From the NCBI GenBank assembly GCA_965249055.1, contig CBDFKX010000002.1, positions 1,613,800 to 1,677,799 of the forward strand: DNA of 64,000 nt, written 5' to 3'. The position numbers and the translations under genes were made by a program. The notes below the pieces were generated by a model. It was not told where the DNA came from, did no database searches, and saw only the letters and a list, made by a program, of their open reading frames with translations. The stretch is from Candidatus Aldehydirespiratoraceae bacterium. GTDB lineage: Bacteria > Actinomycetota > Acidimicrobiia > Acidimicrobiales > Aldehydirespiratoraceae. Below, piece after piece: positions 55,217-64,000 of this stretch. Each line of letters opens with the position of its first letter. The first letter of the stretch is position 1.

Positions 55217-57605
55217 ACTTCTATCTCCATCCCGTAGGGGCGGGCCGCCACGATCTTGCGGCGGATGGCTACTTCGAGACGTAATAACCTCTCCAAGTCG
55301 CCCTGCTCAGGCAGCATGGTGATTAGCGACACCTCCCGGTGAGGACTCTTCAACCTGACCACACGGCCATACCGCTGCACCACCCGTTGAGGGTTCCAGG
55401 GCATGTCGTAGCTGATCACCGCGGCAGCCTGTTGAAGGTTCTGCCCCTCGGAGAGGACGTCGTTGCCCAGCATCAGGTCCACTTCGCCGTCGGTCGGTTC
55501 GTAGCCTGGATGAACCACCGTGTCGGGACAGAAGCGCGCCAGTAGCCGGGTGCGCTCATCGGGGTTCGTCTCAGCACCGATCACCGTAACCCGGTCGCGA
55601 CCGTTCACTCGATCGGGCAAGTGATCGTTGATGTAGCGTACGGTGTCGGCGAACGCGGAAAAGACGAGCACCTTCTCCGACGGGGTCTCTTCGAGCAGGC
55701 ACCGCAGCAGGGCGAGTTTGGGGTCGTCGGCGTTCTGGAGCGAACCCAACGCCTCCGCGACCGCTTGCAGGCGTCGGCGGTCTGCATCTACACGGTCACG
55801 GTAGCCGGGTTTGAACCGGCTGACCGGTTCGCTGTCCTTCTCGTCCAGGCTCTCGGACAACCATTCGCTCAATCCGGTCTCGTCGAGGTCGGCTGATGCT
55901 GCCTCGGTGAGCGCATCTCCGCTGAGCACCCGACCCTGATCCCAAGCGTTGAGAAACGCATCGTGGGCGGCGATCATTCGATCGATGGTGAGTAGGCAGG
56001 CATACCAACATGACTCGAACCGCTTGAGCACCGCGGATTGCAGCAGCGCGCTGAGGCTTGCCTCGCGCCCAGCGGTCTGCTCGTCGAGCGGTAGGAGCTG
56101 GGCCGGTAGCGGGCCATGGTCAGATCCTCGATGTTGGTGGTGATGGCTCGGACCAAGCCCGGGTAGGACGCATCGAGGTCGTACCGCTCGGTGGACAGAA
56201 CCGGGGTTGGGAACGCCACCTGAGTTCCGTCGGGGAAGAATTCGTTGCTGTAGTGCTGTTCGATGAAGCGTCGATCTCGTCGGACGCTCACCATGTCGGC
56301 CAGGGAGAACAGCACATCTGGATTGAGGTTCTCGGGGTCGCGTTCGTTTGCTCCGGCCCGGAGGAACAAGCGGCTCAGCGAGGGAATACCGTGGGAGGCG
56401 AACGCCCGGTCGTGGTGGGCGAAGGACATGACCAGGTGGTAGAGGTCCCACAGCCCGTTGTTGATGGGGGTGGCGGTCAGCAGGGCAAGGTCCTTCTGCT
56501 GCCCACCGAGCAGCCTCGCCGCTGCCCGGTACCAGGTCGTGTCCGGGGTGCGCAGAGCGTGCCCCTCGTCCATCACAACCAACCGGTACACATCCTTGTC
56601 GCTGTTCAGGTGGCGACGGGCGTTGGCGGTACCAGGCCTCACCAGTTGCTCATCGGCGGCCAGTTGGTGGTAGCTGACCACCTGGGCGGGTAGTCGAGCT
56701 TGATCCAGTCGCCGCTGCCAGTGGCTGACGAGCTGGGCGGGTGCCACCACTAGGGCATGGGAGCCCCGGCGCAGGGTGTACTCCTCGATGAGGGCGAGTC
56801 CGATCTCGGTCTTGCCGGTGCCCACTCCGTCGGCGTAGATCACTCCATGGTGCGCTTCGATGATCTGAAGAGCCCGATGAAAGCCGTCTCGTTGAAAACT
56901 GGTCAGCTCCACGGCATCGGGTATCGGCCCTTCGAAGTGGTCGTTTTCGGGGCCCAGCAACTCCAGCAGTGCTAAGAGGTAGACCTCACGGGGGCTCAGT
57001 AGACCCACGGATGGGAACAGAAGGTCCTGTAGGTCGGATTTGAAGTCTTGGGCGTCGTTCCAAAGGCGATCGAACCATTCGATGGCTTGCTTTGCCACCG
57101 AAGGGTCGTACTGCACTAAACCCAATTCCAAGTTGCTGAACAGGCCTGCGCCTGTGAGGTTCGCCGAGGTGACCAATGCGGCGCGGGCGTCGTTCCGGTT
57201 GCCGAACAGGTACGCCTTGCCGTGGAGGAACCGGTCGGTGTAGCGCCGCACCTGCACTTCGGGCCGTGCCAGCCACTCGTCGAGGCGGGCCAGTTTGGCC
57301 GCGGACCGGCTGGGTGGGAATCTGGCCAGGTCACGGTCGGCGCGTAGCCCCGCTAGGGCCAGTTCGAAGTGGGAGATTGGAATTTGGGCACCCAGGCCGG
57401 GCGCTGGTGCAACTCCGAGCAGAACGCGGACAGTGCGCTCGTCGGCCACCGCGGTTGCTGTGTGGTGGAGGCCCTCGAGGTTCACATACCCGGTGGCGAT
57501 GGACAACCCATGGCGGACGGCAAAATCGTCGAACAGATAGGAGAGAGCGCCGGCGTGCCGGTTGCCGTCGCTCAAATTGTCGATCAAGTGCGGGCGACCG
57601 GGCAT
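55201..57605 (-). pseudogene. PLD(HKD)-nuclease::SNF2-family helicase fusion, frameshifted
   Basis: The N-terminal PLD-like module reads FLHGKAYLF...LVTSANLTGAGL. The helicase motifs read DGVGTGKTEIG, VVMDEGHALR and LLTATPINN. The C-terminal lobe, in a second frame, reads VLVFSAF, GNDVLSEGQNLQ and VISYDMPWNPQRVVQRYGRVVRL. The frame switch lies near 56095-56110, between MARYRP and QLLPLDEQ. The ATG at 57603-57605 overlaps the MTase stop (TGATG). Confidence 0.8.
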
Positions 57606-60600
57606 CAAGTCAGCTCGCGGAAGTGGTTGGTGATGGCATCTCGGTACGCCGGAGGCACTGCGTCGGTGGTGAAGTCCTTGAACATGATCTGGAGGTCATC
57701 GACGGTCAGTTTCCAGGCCAGGGCTACTCGGGCGTCGATTTCCACCAAGAGTCGCTGACGTTCTTGCTCGGAGAGTGGCCCGTATTCGACGCCAGTAGCA
57801 GCAGCGAAATCAGCGAATCGCTCGTCAACGGCCGATAACCGAGCAGCGGATTGCGCGATCTCGGCGAAGCCCTCGTCCTCGAGATCGGGGACGATCAGGG
57901 ATTCTAGAATGAAAAAATTGAGGTGTACCTCGACGAAACGCCGGGCCTGCCAGTCGAACGGCAGGCTGTTCATGATGCCCAGACATGTGGCTTGTGTTTG
58001 CGCATCTCCGTCAACGAAAGCCAGGTACGGTGCGGTGTTGGTCAAGAACACCTCGGGGGCGACCAGGCAGGCTCTTACCGTCCTGCTGTCATCGGATCGG
58101 GAGACATCTCGAAAGGCCACCCGAGCCCTATCGAGCTCAGCCATAACCGCTTGGCGACGATGTTTCCTCAGTGCGGACTTTGCCAGCATTGACGACTCTC
58201 CTGGCCGCGGTTTGCTGACCTTCTTCCGGACTGCGTCGCTGGGTGGGCACAGTCTGGCTCCGGCACCGTGGGGGTCGTACTGGTCGAAGCTCTCGCCCTT
58301 CCACAACGGCCAGCCGTCAGATGCATCGCTCCACAGGTGCTTGTCGTTGGTCTCATCGAGATCTCGCACCGGGAAGCACCGCCACCGTCCTGGGGACCCT
58401 TGTGTGACAGCTGACCCAAGCGGGAAGGGTGACCCTACTCGGAGCTTGTCCAGAAGGTCGGCCTCGTCCTGCGAACGGAGCCGGGGTGTCATCCAGCCCG
58501 CGCCGAACAGGGTTGGGGCCAACAGGATCCCCGGTGACAACGACTGGTCAGCCCACGACTCGACGGAATAAGCGGTCGCCGCCAGAGCCACTTCATGGTC
58601 ATCGTTGGGAGCGCGTTGTTCGGCCACCACAAGAGCGACGCCGTATTGCGGGTGTGTGTCAAACATCCAGAGTCGCCGATTGATCAAAAAGTCGATCCGC
58701 CGAGCCGAGATGGACTTGAACAGCCACTCGCGGAATCCCTCAGAGCCCTGGTTCACAAACGCCGCCCGAGGCAACACGACGCCTATAGAGCCGTCGGAGC
58801 GAACCAGAGACTTGTAACGCTGACAGAAGTACTTGTACAGGTCAGGGTCGCCCCTGGTGGACTCGTATTCCCCGGAGGCCAGCGCCGCTCGCTCGGCGGA
58901 AGCTCGGTCCTGCTCGCTGTCAAGCCGTGCGACCAACTCGGGACGCTCGCGCTTGAGCTCGGCCACCGCCGTGCCGCGTTCGCTCGCCGACATACCATGT
59001 AGGCCGGGAAGATGCAGTCCGTAGTGGGACAACTCCTCGACCACGACCTCCTCCCATGGGGGATTGCCCACCACCACGTCGAAGCCGGAGGCACGGTCCC
59101 GACCAAACACCCGTGGGAATGTCAACGGCCAGTGCAGGAAGCAGTGGGTGCGGCCCAGTTCTGTGGCGCTCCCAACCAGTGTTCGTCCGATGCGGCCGTT
59201 GGTACCGGAAATCACCTCCGGGCCATGGGTTTCGGCGTGGTCGCGAGCGCCCTTGAGTCCGAATCCCTCCGCAGTCCACAGGTCGAACAGCCGTTGCAGG
59301 CCCTGGGTAGCCTGTTGAGCCTCAAGATCGGCGGCTCTGCTGGCGTTCACCTCGGTCGGGTTGAGGTCGTCGATATCGGCCAACCTGGCCGCCGCCTCGG
59401 CGGCCCCGGCCAGGGCGGTCTGCAAGGCATCAGCTTGGAATGTGCCCTCTGGGATCACAGTCCCGGCACTGGCCACCCCGATCAGAGAATTGCCCACCAC
59501 CACATTGCGGTCCAGGTAGGCCAGCGACAGTCCGGGGACGAACGATGCCAACCACAGCGACAGGGTGGCGATCTCTGCGCCCATGGGACTGCGATCAACG
59601 CCGAATACGCAGTGTTTGAGTACCAACCTTCGTAACAACGCCACGTCGGTGACAGCCGACCCCATCTGGGTGCTTTCGCGGAGCCGATCCAGTGCCTCCC
59701 GCACCGCTGGGAGCGGGTGAGCGGCCAAAAAGGCGACCGTCTGATCGGCCAGTTCCTCGGTGACCTGAACGAGAAAATGAGCGCTGCCGCATGCTGGATC
59801 CAACACCGCGAAATCGAACAGGTCTCGGGCAGCCTGCTCTGGATCGGTGTTGATCTGTCGACGCACCTGTTCAAGGTGGTTCTCGAAAGCGGGCCTCACG
59901 GTGTGGCGCACCAAGTGTTCAACCAACAAGGCAGGGGTGTAGTACACACCGCCGGCCTTTCGGCCTCCTTCATTGGTCAGCCACAACAGTGCCCCGTCGG
60001 AAACCCTGGATTCGTCCCCGTCCGCATCTCGCTTGATGGTTTTGTTGTCGGTCGCTGGTTGGCCTTGGTCTGGAACGTACCGGTCTTTCTTTACGTCGTA
60101 GCGCAACGGCCGGTCAGCTACCGACAGCCGCAGGCTGAGCAGCGCCTCGTAGATGTGACCTAGGTGACCGACCTCCAGCGACGAGTAGTCGACACCGTGC
60201 CCGGTTTCGGTATCACGCCCCACGGCCAACAGCACGCGGGCGAAGTGGGGGTCGGCCAGTTCTAGGCGTTCCAGCAACTCAGCCCCCTCGAAATCGGCCG
60301 CCGCGAACAGGGCGCCGTTGTAAGCAGGCACCCCCCAGGCCGGGTTGCCGTCGCGTAAGGCACCCACCAAGATCATGAAGCTCTTCCACAGAGCCGTTGA
60401 TTCCAGGCTCAACCGGCTCTTGGTTTTGTGGGCTTCGGCCACTAGTTCGGTGAGTGAATGGCACCGGTAGGTCTCGTTGTCGACCGGCAGAAAGTGGGAG
60501 CTCTCGGCGTACAGCACAAACAGCAGCCGAAACAACAGTGTCAATGACGCCCTCTCCAACTCCAGCCGGTGTCCGTCGTCACTGGTGTCGAGGCCACTCT

Positions 60601-61618
60601 GGTGGGTCCAATAATCGAGCCCCTCGGCAAGAGCGGGCAAGGCGTCTTGGCGGATGGTGTGGTCGAGCCGCTTGCGTAGTTCGGCGCCGAAGGCCTCGGC
60701 CTCGGTTTGGAGTTCAGCCAGTCCCCCTTCGGCCAGGTAACGGGGGGAGAGCAGAGCTAGATAGGGGCGGTTCTGTTCGCCGAGCAGGTCTGCGTCGAGA
60801 TCGAGCCACTCCCCCGTGGTGGCCGACGGGTCGCAGTCGAACAGTCGATATCGGTCGCGTGAGACCATGATGCCGTAACGAACGCCGTGTCGGCGACAAT
60901 CCGAAGCCAACAGGCCCTCGGCGGGTCGGCCCATGTCGTCCACCCGAACGAAATTCTCAGGTGTTGCCCAGGGATGGACCATCGCCACAGGCTGATCGTT
61001 GAATCGCAACAGATAGCCCCGTTGGGGGAGCCTGTCGATTCTGTAGCCCATCCCGTCGAGCAGCGTCTGCCAGTGGCCGATGATCGCAAGGTCCCGCGTG
61101 GTCTCCTGAGCGACCCGCCAACGCTCGGGATTGTTTCGGAATCGAGCCTCCAGCGTGTGATGAGTCAGTAGACCGTGAACAACCTTGCCTCGTCCGGCCA
61201 ACCGGACGACCTCACGAGCCAGATGCTTGACTGCATCAAGGCTGTGCATTTCAGCGGTCTCCTCGATGGCTGTGGACGACTTGGCGCAGTCCACCGAACG
61301 GATGGGTTCGTTGAAGGTGCGCGGTCCGAGCGCGCGGACACTGTCGGGATTGGCGGGGTCGTCGATAACCAGCAGGTAACGGAAGTCCATCCGGTCGGCA
61401 TGTTCGCGCCAGCGGGCTCGCAGACTACGCTCGCTGGGCCTTTCGGCGATGGCCACCTCGATCTTGTTGACCCGCACCGACCGTTTTATACCGGACCGGT
61501 TGGGCATCTCCCGTGCGATTCCACGGCCCATCAGCCGGTTGAGCAGGTCGTCGGCGTTCACCGAGTTCAACTGTACCTGTACACGGCGATGTGCGAAGAC
61601 ATCTGTGACTGTGGACAT
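57605..61618 (-). CDS. 1337-aa gamma-class N6-adenine DNA methyltransferase with its own target-recognition domain (Eco57I/PglX/DrmMI-like architecture)
   Basis: The ORF contains GGVYYTP, FAVLDPACGSAHFL (motif I), VFGVDRSPMGAEIATLSLWL and FDVVVGNPPWEEV (motif IV). Its TaqI_C/TRD-like C-terminus reads TNTAPYLAF...LGIMNSLPFDWQARRF. The N-terminal ~330 aa were not recognised. Confidence 0.85.
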   Translation of the reverse strand: MSTVTDVFAHRRVQVQLNSVNADDLLNRLMGRGIAREMPNRSGIKRSVRVNKIEVAIAERPSERSLRARWREHADRMDFRYLLVIDDPANPDSVRALGPRTFNEPIRSVDCAKSSTAIEETAEMHSLDAVKHLAREVVRLAGRGKVVHGLLTHHTLEARFRNNPERWRVAQETTRDLAIIGHWQTLLDGMGYRIDRLPQRGYLLRFNDQPVAMVHPWATPENFVRVDDMGRPAEGLLASDCRRHGVRYGIMVSRDRYRLFDCDPSATTGEWLDLDADLLGEQNRPYLALLSPRYLAEGGLAELQTEAEAFGAELRKRLDHTIRQDALPALAEGLDYWTHQSGLDTSDDGHRLELERASLTLLFRLLFVLYAESSHFLPVDNETYRCHSLTELVAEAHKTKSRLSLESTALWKSFMILVGALRDGNPAWGVPAYNGALFAAADFEGAELLERLELADPHFARVLLAVGRDTETGHGVDYSSLEVGHLGHIYEALLSLRLSVADRPLRYDVKKDRYVPDQGQPATDNKTIKRDADGDESRVSDGALLWLTNEGGRKAGGVYYTPALLVEHLVRHTVRPAFENHLEQVRRQINTDPEQAARDLFDFAVLDPACGSAHFLVQVTEELADQTVAFLAAHPLPAVREALDRLRESTQMGSAVTDVALLRRLVLKHCVFGVDRSPMGAEIATLSLWLASFVPGLSLAYLDRNVVVGNSLIGVASAGTVIPEGTFQADALQTALAGAAEAAARLADIDDLNPTEVNASRAADLEAQQATQGLQRLFDLWTAEGFGLKGARDHAETHGPEVISGTNGRIGRTLVGSATELGRTHCFLHWPLTFPRVFGRDRASGFDVVVGNPPWEEVVVEELSHYGLHLPGLHGMSASERGTAVAELKRERPELVARLDSEQDRASAERAALASGEYESTRGDPDLYKYFCQRYKSLVRSDGSIGVVLPRAAFVNQGSEGFREWLFKSISARRIDFLINRRLWMFDTHPQYGVALVVAEQRAPNDDHEVALAATAYSVESWADQSLSPGILLAPTLFGAGWMTPRLRSQDEADLLDKLRVGSPFPLGSAVTQGSPGRWRCFPVRDLDETNDKHLWSDASDGWPLWKGESFDQYDPHGAGARLCPPSDAVRKKVSKPRPGESSMLAKSALRKHRRQAVMAELDRARVAFRDVSRSDDSRTVRACLVAPEVFLTNTAPYLAFVDGDAQTQATCLGIMNSLPFDWQARRFVEVHLNFFILESLIVPDLEDEGFAEIAQSAARLSAVDERFADFAAATGVEYGPLSEQERQRLLVEIDARVALAWKLTVDDLQIMFKDFTTDAVPPAYRDAITNHFRELT

Positions 61619-61724
61619 GACTTCCCGCTTCGGTCTAGATCAAATAGGGGAAGCTGAAACCTAATATAAAGGTATGAAAACCAATTGCAACTGTTGATTA
61701 TCACCGTGTTCGATGAACGCGGAA

Positions 61725-61749
61725 CGGTTCGGGCCAAAGACCCGGACCG
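61725..61749 (-). terminator. hairpin downstream of groEL (candidate intrinsic terminator)
   Basis: cggttcggg(cc)aaa(ga)cccggaccg forms a ~9-bp GC-rich stem, including one G:U pair, ~40 nt after the groEL stop. The U-tract is weak. Confidence 0.4.
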
Positions 61750-61787
61750 CTCTTTGAATTACCGCAGCTAACACGCTGGGCCGGGCA

Positions 61788-63735
<1,948 letters not shown>

Positions 63736-63799
63736 TCGATCCTCCGAGATCGGTCTTGAGTTGCTGATGTGTAGGTCTCTGAATCGCGTGGGCTAATCG

Positions 63800-63826
63800 T
63801 TAGCACTCTCGACCAGAGAGTGCTAA
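63800..63826. promoter_or_regulatory. CIRCE operator (HrcA binding site)
   Basis: TTAGCACTC-N9-GAGTGCTAA is a perfect match to the consensus and lies 65 bp upstream of the groES start. Confidence 0.95.
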
Positions 63827-64000
63827 CGATAGGAGCGTCTTGCCACGTGAACAACCCGCGGCAACCCAGTTTTCGAGCGACCAGAATCATCGCCTGTGGA
63901 ACACGCTAGATGACGGCGAGTCGAGAGTTGAGCACTCGTTGCTCCTGAGTAGGTGACTGCCCAACGGTCTGATCCGTCGCTGTCGGTTTCAGCAGCACCG

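Noticed and set aside
63928-63955. Second CIRCE-like element upstream of groES
   Set aside because: The left half, TGAGCACTC, matches 8/9 of the consensus. The right half after N9 (GAGTAGGTG) matches only the first four positions. It is probably a degenerate relic and not a functional operator.

Overview
High-GC (about 60%) actinobacterial-type chromosome segment. The lineage call is an inference from mshC, frequent GTG/TTG starts, a leaderless-style promoter and CIRCE-regulated groES-groEL. Ordinary housekeeping genes are present: SDRs, mshC-cysS, 3-hydroxyacyl-CoA dehydrogenase, cyclophilin, msrA, a GH3 beta-glucosidase, D-aminoacylase, lysC, orn, guaA, a Nudix hydrolase and groES-groEL. 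Two accessory blocks interrupt them. Block 1 (1-21.9 kb) is an IS-riddled island. It holds the 3' part of a methyltransferase-TRD fusion, an HTH gene, and a tyrosine-recombinase-fold gene that seems to lack its catalytic residues. That gene is translationally coupled to a 576-aa protein with an exact Y(2)R(3)E(6)K transposase signature. Next come two near-identical tRNA-Arg(CCT) genes, each abutted by an IS (an IS481 fragment and an IS110), then decayed GH4, GH2 and CE7 sugar genes around an intact ArsR-like regulator. The block continues with a DUF4143 ATPase, an orphan 537-aa protein with a C-terminal Rx4H (HEPN-like) motif, and an IS3 with a 3-bp TSD. It ends with a Dcm + GIY-YIG restriction-modification pair whose nuclease gene is cleanly split by an IS1380 (5-bp TSD), and an orphan 2-TM protein. 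Block 2 (51.3-61.7 kb) sits between nudix-guaA and groESL and is bordered by a decayed mazEF pair. It is the best candidate for an undescribed system: a GHKL/MORC-like ATPase (741 aa), a 76-aa ORF, a 262-aa unknown, a PLD-nuclease::SNF2-helicase fusion (frameshifted here) and a 1337-aa gamma-class N6-adenine methyltransferase with its own TRD. That gene set recalls DISARM class 1 and paraMORC R-M neighbourhoods but lacks their signature genes. Other points: an unusually high load of disrupted genes, a 15-bp tandem repeat duplicating the guaA stop region, a 3 x 33-bp intergenic repeat, and an acyltransferase-3 with an inserted ankyrin module. All calls rest on reading the translations and sequence by eye; no database search was run.
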